Origin: Octopus sinensis
Lineage: Eukaryota
Direction of reading: 5' to 3'
NCBI RefSeq assembly: GCF_006345805.1
Contig: NC_043001.1
Location: 108,004,001-108,068,000 of the forward strand
Length of the DNA stretch: 64,000 nt
Shown: positions 52,406 to 64,000 of the stretch, one piece after another
How the letters are laid out: each line of letters opens with the position of its first letter
Position numbering within the stretch: the stretch's first letter is position 1
Notes under the pieces: model-generated
Told to the model about the DNA's origin: nothing
The model's database searches: none
Seen by the model: only the letters and a program-made list of their open reading frames with translations
Made by a program: the position numbers and the translations under genes

Positions 52406-52764
52406 TATATAATATATATATATATGCCAGTGGTGTCTCTCTCTCATGAATGTGAGTCATGTAATGCTGTAATGCAATGCCTGAGATATATAAACGACTG
52501 CAAATAACAAATCACATCACCCTATGAACCATTCCTTTTCATGAGAGACAGCTGCAACGGTGGAATATGCATACCCAATGTACGCCACTCACAACTATAC
52601 AACTTGGATTTTAAAAGCTGTACGCCCTCAATTTATGGTAGCACGGGATGTCTTACACCCAAACACACAAACACGAGGTTGCTATCACTTATACATTCTT
52701 ATACACATATACATAAATGTAAATATACGTATATACACACACTCATACATATATACATAAATCC

Positions 52765-52795
<31 letters not shown>

Positions 52796-52845
52796 AATTT
52801 ATATATATATATACATAAATTCATATGTATATATATACATAAATT

Positions 52846-52876
<31 letters not shown>

Positions 52877-53982
52877 AATTCATATATATATATATACATA
52901 AATTCATATATATATATAAACATAAATTCATATATATATATACATATACATAAATTTTATTTATATGTATGTTTTACGAGCATACAAACAGGACATACAA
53001 GTGTACATGCTTGCATACGTTCATATATACATACATTTGTACATATACATCCATTTTTCATGTACTGTGTGAATATTGTAGGCACCGCTGTGAAAACTGA
53101 TCAAGATTTTCTCTTTATCATCGTGTTATTTTATTTATTTTATTTGTTGTATTTATTTATCTTATTCATGTTTTACTTTTTATAATTATTATTTTTATTT
53201 ATTTTATTTTTGTGATTTTTATTATGCTTTTTCTTTTCATTTTTTTTTATTCTACACTTGCTATCTACTTTCTGCCCTCGTTTCAAAAACATTAAGCGGG
53301 AGGTAACTCCACATGAGTCTCTAGAAATTCGAAATGTAAAGAAATATGTTTTATAATGTAACCTTAGTGTTTTTTTTTTTTTTCTTCTGAGGTGAGATTT
53401 ATTCAGCTAAGTCACGTAGTTTTTATATCTACCCATTTTCGATCAACATCACAGAGTGTTACAATTAAAAATCCATTACAGAAAACTGAAGGAATATGAT
53501 ATCGATAAAAATTGTTACATTTCTATATAAACAATCATGTTCCCTCGTTCTCCACCCACCCACCTCAATCTTTATGTGCTTGTACTTATATATATATATA
53601 TATAATATATGACATATATATATAATATAACATATATATATATAATATATATAACATATATATAATATATATGACATATATATATGATATTAAATACGAT
53701 ATATATATATATATGAAATATATATATGAAATATATGTATGTATGTACGTATGTATGTATGAATACGCTAATATATGTATATCTATATTCGTGCATATAT
53801 ACATGCATTCATGCAAGCACATACATTCATACACACATTATATATACGAATAATCAAATATTTATAAGCCGTTTACTTTATATGCACATACGTATATACA
53901 TATATACATACTCATACACCCACGCACACACATACACACACATATATATATACACACACCCATACATATATATAATATATAT

Positions 53983-54035
<53 letters not shown>

Positions 54036-54422
54036 TATATGTATGTATGTATTTATATATACCCATTCTCCAAACACCATATCTTTTCAGATGGGTAGAA
54101 GTGATAGAGCTGATGTCAAACTTGTGTATAAACCAATTAAGTAAAAGGAAAACAAATGTGAAGAGATCATTAAGCATTTGGCTTCAATAGCTGCATCCTT
54201 CCGTGGTCCAGGTGGCGGTGCTCAAACGGCGCGGGCAGCGGTGAGATAGTTCTCCTACTCAAGTCATGTCTTTCTGTGTCGAATTCACACAAATTAGTAT
54301 CTGTTTTATCAGTATCTATGATAGAAGCAGATTCATGTAGATACTGCATTTTGACTTATTATTTTTTTTAAACTCAAAATCCAGACCTCATCCATATTAT
54401 GAAAAGAAAGATGAAAACATAC

Positions 54423-54485
<63 letters not shown>

Positions 54486-54634
54486 AAGACACATGCATAC
54501 ATGTAGGTAGATATGCGTGTGTTTGTGTAAGTTTTTAGTTATCTGTTTAAATGAGGATATATTTAAAATGGTGTCTGATTATGTACAAATACCTATCCAT
54601 AAACCTGTATGCATATTTACAAGCTGTGTATAAT

Positions 54635-54992
54635 TCAACTGTGAATGTGTGCAGAATGTATCTTAGCAGATCCAGTCGGCTGTACTTTACACGCTCTCAG
54701 ACCAAAGATCCAGTCTTTTACTTGACTCGGAAGCAACATGAGAATATTTGCACGTAAATTAGCTACCCAGTAAGGAATATAGCGTATCTTTGGTCTCTCT
54801 ATACACACAGCTTCCGCCATCATCTCAACCACTTCGCTGACATTGCTACGGGCTCGTTTCAAGTGTGTCCTAATCGATTTTATGAAACTGTCGAAATATT
54901 CTTCGCCATACACTTCGGTGATGTCTTTTGGTGTCTCAGCCCAGCACTTCCTGTTCTTATTTTCAACGCTGTCCTCGTTTACAATTGGAGTC
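54635..54992 (-). CDS. SDR terminal coding exon
   Basis: Acceptor tttgcag|G ACT CCA (phase 2 completes AAG=K). Encodes TPIVNEDSVENKNRKCWAETPKDITEVYGEEYFDSF...RYIPYWVANLRANILMLLPSQVKDWIFGLRACKVQPTGSAKIHSAHIHS, stop TGA at 54635-54637. The YGEEY and RY..P....D C-terminal pattern is typical of RDH/BDH1-like SDR9C proteins. Orthology cannot be assigned. Confidence 0.93.
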
Positions 54993-55029
54993 CTGCAAAG
55001 TTAATAATGATAATAATAATAATAATAAC

Positions 55030-55615
55030 ACGTAAGAAGGTCAGGCTTGTGTAGGATGAAAGATTGAAAAGATAAAGCACTGTACAAGCAATTGAAAACG
55101 AATGAAACTGAAAATAAGTGGGTAAAGAAAACAATGCATGGACAATTCCATAGGAATGTTGAAGATAAGACAGAGAAAAAAATGGCTGTGGATGACTAAA
55201 AGTGATTTAAAACCGGAAACGGATGCTCTAATCTGTGCTGCCCAAGAGCAAGCACTAAGAACAAACTACATAAAATACAGAATAGACAACACATCAGAAA
55301 GTGATAAGTGCAGAATCTGTGGACAAAATGGTGAAACCGTATGGCATATTAAAAACCAATGTACGCCACTATCCCAGAAGGAATATAAGAGACGCCACGA
55401 CAATATAGCCAGGCTTGTCCATTGGACACTTTGCAACAAGTATGGACTTGGCAGGGGGAAAAATTGGTACAACCACAAACCCGAAGGCATCATCGAAAAT
55501 GATAATGCAAAAATCCTATGAGAATAGGAAGCCAGACATAATCTTAATTGAGAAAGAAAACAAACTATACTGGATATAGCATGCCCAGCTGACAACACGG
55601 TCTGCGATAAGGAAG
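55030..55615 (+). mobile_element. R4/Dong-type LINE fragment in the last SDR intron (antisense to the gene)
   Basis: WLWMTKSDLKPETDALICAAQEQALRTNYIK..KCRICGQNGETVWHI..CTPLSQKEYKRRHDNIA (CCHC region); same family as 10738-11272; preceded by (TAA)n. Confidence 0.9.
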
Positions 55616-55619
55616 TTTG

Positions 55620-55880
55620 TCCGTCTAGCACTCTGCAGCACTATTGGACGACATGTACCTGCATATCCAGGTGCCGAGCTGCAAGTCCAAACAATTCTCC
55701 TGGTTAATGTTTCTGTCTGTTACCACCTTGTATTTCCTTAGAGCAGTGCCTGTCACCTCGATGTGTTTGGTGTCCGACACTATTGCGGTGACGTCATCAG
55801 TGTATGGAAACACGGATCTTCTGCATCGTGTGCGTCAAATGGTTCTCATGACTTCAAGTATGAAAGCACACTCCTGATGA
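55620..55880 (-). mobile_element. L1/Tx1-type RT fragment
   Basis: PYTDDVTAIVSDTKHIEVTGTALRKYKVVTDRNINQENC..LQLGTW resembles RT domains 5-6 (YADDVT..YE.VTGAKIN..KS) of L1/Tx1 LINEs. Confidence 0.65.
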
Positions 55881-56299
55881 AGGGTCACCTCGGATATAGG
55901 TTTCAAATTTTGGGACAAGGCTAGCAATTTTAGTGGGAGGTGAAGTATGTAGGTCGATTATATCATCCCCTACGCTCAGCTGGTACTTATTTTATCGTCT
56001 CCTAAAGGATGAAAAACAAAGTCGGCCTCAGCAGAACTTGAACTCAAAACGTAACGACGGACGAAATATTGCTAAGCATTTTTCCCTGCGTGCTTAACAA
56101 TTCTGCCAGCTCACTGCCTTAGGAAACCTCAAACATAATCACAAAATAAAAACAAAATCAAGTATAGTACTAAATGCGGGTGTTTGAAATGACTATCATG
56201 TTTCTACAACAGTGAAATCTTTGAATTATAAAAGTATTATAATTATTTCTGAATTTATTTATTCCCCTCTTTTCAAATGGTTCATAAGTTTATACATAC

Positions 56300-56432
56300 T
56301 TGTATAGTCCTGGCTCAACCGTTATGACTTTAATTCCAAATTTGTTCATCTCTTGTCGCAATCCATCTGAGAAGGCAATGCATGCAACTTTGGACATAGA
56401 GTACGCAGAGAATGCTGGCAGCGTGAATCGAC
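56300..56432 (-). CDS. SDR catalytic-site exon (absent from the ORF track in this frame)
   Basis: Acceptor aacaacag|GT CGA and donor TAC AA|gtatgt; 133 nt, phase 1-2. Encodes (G)RFTLPAFSAYSMSKVACIAFSDGLRQEMNKFGIKVITVEPGLY(K), including YxxxK (YSMSK) and EPG. Joins both neighbouring exons in frame. Confidence 0.95.
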
Positions 56433-56454
56433 CTGTTGTTAAATAAAATACAAC

Positions 56455-56850
56455 AAATTATATTTCGTTTTTGGATTTGGTTTGCAAGATTCTTTACATC
56501 AGTTCGTGTGTTGAAGCAAAGTCTGTTGTGTCTGGGGAAAGTCATTTTCTTTTTGTGCCTTATAATGTAATACACTCACCAGTAAAATTTCCACTTATTT
56601 CTTATTTTTATTGTCCTAAAATTTTCGTTGCATCTTCTAACCTTTTCAATAGTTTTGATTCTAATTTTCCTAAAAACCTTTTCAATACTCTTGACTTTCT
56701 TAATTTCCTAAAATTTCCGTCGTGTCTTGCAAAAAGGTTGCAAGACCCAACGGAAACTTTAGGGAAAAAAATAAGAAATACGTGGAAATTTTACCGGTGA
56801 GTGTGTTAAGGCACAAAAAGAGAATGACTCTCCCCAGGCACAACAATAAA
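56455..56850. mobile_element. PLE-derived palindromic relic, intronic
   Basis: Inverted arms gtctggggaaagtcattttctttttgtgcctt..ttttccac and gtggaaattttaccggtgagtgtg..gaatgactctccccag; same family as 10236-10510. Confidence 0.75.
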
Positions 56851-57447
56851 TTATATAATTAAAAGTAATAGATATTTCTAAACTACAATAGTTTTCTGAC
56901 AGTTCCTTCATTGTCTAATTATATGGTTTTAGTTTTACTTTTAGTCCCACTCTGCAACACCTTAGTAAAGTGTTGTCGACAAAAAACTTGAACCAAAAGA
57001 TGTCTTCTGAATACAATTTGATAAACAGAGCGTGTTTAGAGCGACCAGGCTGTTTCTATTCCTAGGTGCTAGATTTAATCCGTTGACCCGTTTCATGCCA
57101 CCGCTTGGCCCATAGATAACATTTATCGGAATTTATTCTGACGTAAGAATTCGAGAAAAGTCTCCAGTCTAAGGACAACATCCTCTTTGATTCACCAGCT
57201 TTGGAGGTCTTCCAAATCAGTAACTTGTGTTGGCCTTGTTCCTCTGATTAAGGCATAAAAAAATTAGATAAAGCGTGATTACTTGAGACGTAACGCTATG
57301 ATATAGAGGTAACAAAATGGCTACTATGCGGAAGTTAGCATCTAGTCAGTTCAGGAAGCAGATATTTAAGAACTCATTAGAAATACTTATGTGAAGAAGA
57401 ACTAAGTTGTGCGTTGAGAAAAATGCAATATTAGTCTCTAATTAATA

Positions 57448-57449
<2 letters not shown>

Positions 57450-57479
<30 letters not shown>

Positions 57480-57725
57480 GTAACGTCTGTTCTCCATGCC
57501 AGCATGGGTTGGACGGTTCGACCGGGGTCTGGTAAGCCATGGAGGCTGCACCAGGCTCCAGTCTAGTTTGGCAGTGTTTCTACAGCTGGATGCCCTTCCT
57601 AACGCCAACCACTCCGAGAGTGAAGTGGGTGTTTTTTACGTGCCACCGGCACAGGGGCCAGACGAGGCTGGCAAACGGCCGCGGTTGGTTGGTGCTTTTA
57701 CGTGTCACCGTCACGGACGCCAGAT
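57450..57725 (-). mobile_element. 3' end of an RTE-tailed retroposon with (GAT)n tail
   Basis: (CAT)n run followed by gtttctacagctggatgcccttcctaacgccaac, which I recall as typical of RTE-partnered 3' ends in invertebrates. Confidence 0.5.
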
Positions 57726-59232
57726 TCTGGCAAGTGCAAAAGACAGTTCCTGACTGTTTCGTTTTTATTTGAACGAAAAATATCAGACTTTACTATAATT
57801 AGAATTTAAGCTTCACTGATAAGGTTTAACAAGATGAAGAAAATGACCAGAGTTGACTCACATAACAACAGAAATAATTAAAATAACATCAGTCATTGAC
57901 TTATTACGTCTTTTTCTCAACGTTTAATTATTTGTAATTAACTTTTTACTGCTGCACGAAATGTATTAGCATTAACTTAATTATTATTAACCATGTGGCT
58001 GCCATTTCTAAGTAATTCTGTTCTAAAGAATGATGTTAAAGGATTCGTAATGTCACTCTTTTGAATGGCGGATCAACACTTATATCGTATTACAAGCAAC
58101 AGTTTTCAGGCTGAACATCCCAGGTCGTCGTCGTCGCCGTCTTCTTCTTCTTCCATTTGCCACAAAGAATAATCTCTAATTCGAGCCTACTCTTAGCTAC
58201 TAAGAATGCGTGTGACAACTTGAAGATCTACCCACCACACGCAATAGATTAACAGTTGCACGGGCGCGGAAGCTACGTTGTTATCCTCATTCCGTAAACG
58301 GTGGCTTTTAATGGGTGAAGAGCTGAACCATCCTGGGGTAGAGAGGATTCGCAATCTAGACTAGGGTCTGAAAGTTTACCACACCATAGTGGGTTACACC
58401 ACGGTTCCTCTGCTTTGTGGCAGAAGTAGGAAGAAAGAATGAGAGAAAGGTGTGGTGAAAGAGTACAGCGGGGTTCACTACCCGCCCTCGACGGAGCATC
58501 GTGGAGCTTAGGTGTTTTTGCTCAATAAACATTCACAATGCCCGGTCTGGGAATCGAAAACGCGTTCTTACGACCGCGAGTCCGCTGCCCTAACCACTGG
58601 GCCATTGCGCGTCCACTGCTGCTGTTGTTGGCATCGTTCTTGTTGTTGTTGTTGTTGTTTTGCTTCAGGTCAGTTATGATCAAGTATATTCATGACCTAA
58701 AATGTTCCATCAGTCGACGTTACTTCTTTATTCCAGATATATTATATCTAAAACTACGATGATAGAGGATTAATAAAGGTTTTGACTTAGTTGATAATTC
58801 TAAAAGACCAGGCGATTGCTTCCGAGCTCCCTAGTGGACTTGGTCAATCGATTTATAACAAACAAGGTGTTCTAATTTTACTTTTTAATGTAAAATATGA
58901 TTGGGAGAAATTTTACCGCTAATTCCAGCGTGTCGAGGGACATAGTATAAGATTGCGTCGAGTCATTTCCAGAAGTGTTACTGCTTACTCTTAAGTTAGC
59001 TCTAGTCAAACAGACCAATGTTCAAAGGTTTCCCAGTCGAGATAATTCTGTCTTTTACAGGTATTTTCATCTGCATTGTCCAGTGCCATTTACTTTTTCA
59101 CTACGAGACAGAAATATGATTTGAAAGACATCTAGCTGTGGATTCTAACAGGTCGAGCGAAACCACATACAGGATTTTTCTTTGACTCTACTTAAAAGAA
59201 ATAAGAGAAAATGATTAAATTACTCCACTTAC

Positions 59233-59415
59233 CTGCAAGGCTGGCCACATTGACGACTCTGCCTTTTGACTCACGAAGTAAGGGCAAGAAAGCTTTCGTC
59301 ACACGCACCATTCCCATTACATTAACGTTCATGATATGCTGGAATTGGCTAACAGCACAAAATTCAATTTCTGATATTTCGGCAATTCCAGCGTTATTCA
59401 CAAGAGCCCACAGCA
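59233..59415 (-). CDS. SDR9C-type short-chain dehydrogenase/reductase, internal coding exon (first exon visible in window; gene 5'-incomplete)
   Basis: Minus strand: acceptor ttttttttttcacag|TG CTG TGG and donor GCA G|gtaagt; 183 nt, phase 1-1. Encodes LWALVNNAGIAEISEIEFCAVSQFQHIMNVNVMGMVRVTKAFLPLLRESKGRVVNVASLAG, with the NNAG motif, catalytic Asn and catalytic Ser of classical SDRs. Confidence 0.95.
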
Positions 59416-59820
59416 CTGTGAAAAAAAAAACAGAAAAGAGAAAAATAAACACCATATATATATAAGATCAGCCATGTGTATTCGATCTTGAATGATTGCT
59501 TCGAAACACAAGGCATGATATATGAATATGCAAAGTTAGTGTCTCCACAGCATGAAACTCTTAATCATACTGTGATTAAATTATATTCATCTCTCACTGG
59601 AGGGATTACATTTTTTTGTTGATCCTGTTATTACTGGAACAGTAATCTATTTATCTATGGATACCCTTTACCGGTCGGTCGGTAGGTAAGTAGGGAAGGT
59701 ACGTAGGTAGGTTGATAAGTAGATAGCTAGCTAGCTAGCTAGATATCTGATCCACTATAAGAAAGGTCAACAAAAAAGTACTCTATTCAGTGAGAGATAA
59801 ATTTCATTTAATATACACGC

Positions 59821-59882
<62 letters not shown>

Positions 59883-59959
59883 CAACACAAAACAGGAGTT
59901 TATTATGACTAAATATCGTATTTAAAATCTGTTCTACTTGGCTTCTTCTGTATACTCTC

Positions 59960-60290
59960 TGGCCTCCAAAGCTAAGGATTCCAGCCAAATAAAACTCCGG
60001 CTACGGTACGTGTCCTTCTTAATTTTTCTTTGGATCTATAGGAATACACACGGAGTTCTAATACCAGTTATTTTTCGTGTGGTTCAAATCGGTGAGTGCT
60101 ATGCATAAGGTTTGATCGCATGCCACAAGGTTTCTCAGGAAGGGGATTTTGGTTCTGTTATTAATTTGCAACAGTCTTCTGATGTTCATTAAGAATATTG
60201 ATGTGACATCTATGCTGATGCCCGTGGTGGACACCCTGGATCCATTGGCTGTGGTGGTCTTGTATGTTTGTTGGGATGGCTTCAAGGGAT
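59960..60290 (-). mobile_element. Degenerate LINE apurinic-endonuclease N-terminal relic (intronic)
   Basis: SIFLMNIRRL..TKIPFLRNLV....LCIALTD resembles APE blocks I and II (NIxGL; IALTE); stops follow. Confidence 0.4.
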
Positions 60291-60931
60291 AGGGACACTC
60301 ACGTAGTTAGAACCGTTAGCATGCCAGGAAAAATGCTTAGCGGCACTTCGTCCGTCTTTACGTTCTGAGTTCAATTTCCGCCGAGGTCGACTTTGCCTAT
60401 CATCTTTTCGGGGTCGATAAAAAGAGTACCAGTTTAGCACTGGGGTCAATGTAATCAGCTTGCCCCTCTCTCCAAAATAGCTGACCATTTGCCAATATTT
60501 GAAGCCAAAAGAAGGGAAAAAAAGTTTCGAACTGAAAGTTATAAAGTACAACGTTTTGGACATAGTACAAAGAAGAGTTCAGGGAAGAAGAAAGAGAACT
60601 GAGAGAAGGAGGGAAGAAAAGAGTAAAGAAGGGACAAGGAAACCTCTGTCAACTGGCCGTCGTTGCATAATCACCTCTCAGCAATTTTCCTATTCTCTAA
60701 CTCTTTAATTTTTATAAATAATAAAGCAAATAATGAACCCATTTTTATTTTACTTTTTCAAGATTCTTCATTGAAAATCTTATAAACATCAGTCTTCTGT
60801 TCTTAAAAATAAACGTAGTTTCATATATTATATTTTCATTTTATTTAACGTTTAAATTAAGACTATTACCTTCGGGTTGTGTACAGTCATTAGTGAAATA
60901 ATTATAGACAGCAAAGGATACGAACTTGAGA

Positions 60932-61199
60932 AACGAAAATAGATTTTTTTTTATGTGAAAGCCTTATTAAAAATGTTGAAAATATACACACATCCTCTTT
61001 ACTCTAGATGTCAAAACCTACACACTGGATGGATAATTGCTTTTCTATATTCGGTTAAAAGCTTAAACGAAAATAGATTTTTTTTTATGTGAAAGCCTTA
61101 TTAAAAATGTTGAAAATATACACACATCCTATTTACTCTAGATGTCAAAACCTACACACTGGATGGATAATTGCTTTTCTATATTCGGTTAAAAGCTTA
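60932..61199. repeat. 134-bp direct tandem duplication (one mismatch)
   Basis: 60932-61065 versus 61066-61199; differ only at cctcttt/cctattt. Confidence 0.95.
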
Positions 61200-63464
61200 T
61201 CGAATACAGTTACGGAAGCTGCACTTAAAATCATCTCAACGAGAAGATTACAAAAATTTAAAAGCTGCGTACACAAGAAACATCTAGCATTATTCTTCCT
61301 TAAAAAGGCAGTAAATATGAACTGGACCATTGAAACCTTTCCTTACAAATATCTCGAAAATGGAGCTAGGTTTCATTCATGTGTGTTATAATCCTTTCTA
61401 CTGTAAGCACAAGGTCTGAAATTTTGGGAGAGTGGTTTAGTCGATTACATCGACCCCAGTGCTTAACTGGTATTTTTCATCGATCTTCAAGGGAATGAAA
61501 GGCAAAGTTGACTTCGACAGAATTTGAACTCAGAACGTCGAGCCGGAAGAAACACCGCTTAGCATTTTGCCTTGCGTGCTAACGATGTTGCTAACTCGCC
61601 GCTTTAATGTAACTAAATATTGCTATCGAATTTTTGTACGGGGTCAGTACTTTCCGAGGAGGGGGTCAAGTCGATTACATCGACCCCAGTGTTCGACTTC
61701 TACTTTTTTTTTAGTCTGCGATCCCTCGAAAGTATGCAAGGCAAAGTTGACCTCGGCTGAATTTGAACTCAGAGCGTAGTCGAGAGAAGACATTATTCAA
61801 TACCGCTGATTCTTTATTTAGTCAATTCTAGAATGATGAACGGCTAAGTCAACCTTAGCACGATTTGAACACAGTTTGTGAAGAGAAATTATTAGAAACA
61901 TCTGCATCTAATCTGTCCGTATGCCTCTCAGGCTGTGTTTTGAATCTGGACTTTGCACCTGGTCATTCGAACTTACTACCAGCGAGCCAGCGAGGAGGCA
62001 CTATATATGTCCACTACATATTTGCGCGTGGAGGCACATGGCCTAGTGGATAGAGTAGCGGACTCGTGGTCAAGGGATCGCAAGTTCGAATCTCAGACAG
62101 GGCGATGCGTGTGTTTATGAGCGAAACACCTAAGCTCCACGCGGCTCCGGCAAAAGGTAATGGCGAAATTCTGCTGACTCTTTCGCCACAACTTTCTCTC
62201 ACTCTTTCCTCCTGAATCTTGCAGCTCACCTGCGTCGGACCGGCGTCCCGTCCATGTAGGGGAATTATACGCCAAGGAAACCGGGAAACCGGCCCACTTT
62301 AGATTATTATAAGACATATCCAAAGTGCTAGCATGCAGGATCGAAGCCAGGAATATGTAACAGCCTAATTGGTCTCTAATTACACGGCAGTGCCTGCACG
62401 AGAAGACATGTTTAGAGGATCCTCAAGTACTTTCGTTAGTTCTTCAAAACATGATTGCGTAGATTGTTGCTGTTTACTGTCGGCACTCGGCTAATACTAC
62501 TCACAAAATAAATGTTGATTTGGAAGCAATTATTATTAATTGCCTTTCTAATTAAATCCATCCTAATTAATACTTAATTGATGCAGCAATGGTGTCAGGG
62601 TACTTCCGCTGTGATGAAATATATAAATATAAAGGACACACGTATTGACATATACATACATATACATATATATATACATATACATGCATACATACATACA
62701 CACACATACATATACACATATACAAACATACATATATACATACATACATATATGTATATGTGTGTGGTGTGTGTGTGTTGTGTGTGTGTGTGGGTCTGTG
62801 TGTGTGTGTGTGGTGGAGGCTCAATGGCCCAGTGGTTAGGGCAGCGAACTCGAGGTCGTAGGATCGCGGTTTCGATTCCCAGACCGGGCGTTCTGAATGT
62901 TTATTGAGCAAAACCACCTAAAGCTCCACGAGGCCCTGGCAGGGGGTGGTGGCGATCCCTGCTGTCCTCTTTTGCCACAACTTTGTCTCACACTTTCTTC
63001 TGTTGGCCTGCTCACTTAGCCAGCAGGGTGGCTTCATTTGAAGGCTAAAACAATGCGAAGCACATTGTGACCAGCAATGTGTAGCAACATCTGATAGCCT
63101 GGTCGGTCACGTGATCACGTGATATAAAAATGAAAAGATATATATATATATAATGAGGAGGTGGCTGTGTGGTAATCAGGTTGCTTACTAACACCGGTTC
63201 AGTCCCACTGCGTGGCACCTTGGGCAAGTGTCTTCTACTATAGCCTCGGGCCGACCATAGCCTTGTGAGTGGATTTGGTTGACGGAAACTGAAAGAAGCC
63301 CGTCGTATATATGTATATGTATATATATATGTGTGTGTGTGTTTGTGTGTGTCTGTGTTTGTCCCCCCAACATCGAGTGACAACCGATGGTGGTGTGTTT
63401 ACGTCCCCGTAACTTAGCGGTTCGGCAAAAGAGATTTGGTTGACGGAAACTGAAAGAAGCCCGT

Positions 63465-63469
<5 letters not shown>

Positions 63470-63500
<31 letters not shown>

Positions 63501-63542
63501 AAATATATATATATATATATAACTATATATATATTAGATACA

Positions 63543-63573
<31 letters not shown>

Positions 63574-63625
63574 TGTATATATATATGTATATATTATATT
63601 ATATATATATTATATAAATATTATG

Positions 63626-63656
<31 letters not shown>

Positions 63657-63793
63657 TTGTATATATATATATATATATATATTGTTATATATGTAATATA
63701 TATATATATATATTATATATATATATATATCTATTATATATATATATGTAAACATAATATATATATATTTATACATATATTATAATATATATA

Positions 63794-63844
<51 letters not shown>

Positions 63845-63926
63845 ATGTGTATATATATATATATATATATAATGGTAAATATATATATTTATACATATAT
63901 ATATTTTTTGTATATATATATATATA

Positions 63927-63974
<48 letters not shown>

Positions 63975-64000
63975 TATATATATACATATATATCACACGT
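63470..64000. repeat. Imperfect (TA)n microsatellite (one of many: e.g. 28100-29040, 51990-52430, 53580-54050)
   Basis: Direct reading; source of the YI-repeat pseudo-ORFs. Confidence 0.95.

Noticed and set aside
60058-60285. ORF containing IDVTS as the upstream SDR exon
   Set aside because: No Rossmann motif or phase-1 donor; the surrounding residues fit a LINE endonuclease relic better.

Overview
This is AT-rich, repeat-saturated eukaryotic DNA. The SINE families, R4/Dong and RTE LINEs and dense (TA)n/(TACA)n microsatellites point to an octopod cephalopod (my recognition, not a database hit). I can support one host gene: the last three coding exons of a minus-strand classical short-chain dehydrogenase/reductase of the SDR9C type (RDH/HSD17B6/BDH1-like), at 59233-59415, 56300-56432 and 54635-54992. 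They splice in frame and carry NNAG, the catalytic N, S and YxxxK; the N-terminal Rossmann exon(s) are not in the window. The rest is decayed mobile DNA: RTE, R4/Dong (RLE) and L1-Tx1 LINE relics, Tc1/mariner derivatives, non-autonomous Helitron-like elements, several tRNA-derived SINE families, Penelope-like (PLE) relics, a 134-bp higher-order minisatellite and a 100-N gap. The most notable signal is a set of hammerhead ribozyme (HHR) motifs. One has a canonical core (19141-19246) and sits in a structured, apparently non-coding 473-bp unit with ~90-bp terminal redundancy, resembling a retrozyme. Others are PLE-type HHRs sharing a U4C core variant, several in fold-back arrangements. Nearly all ORFs in the supplied track are microsatellite artefacts. 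Repeat boundaries are approximate unless TSDs or TIRs are quoted.
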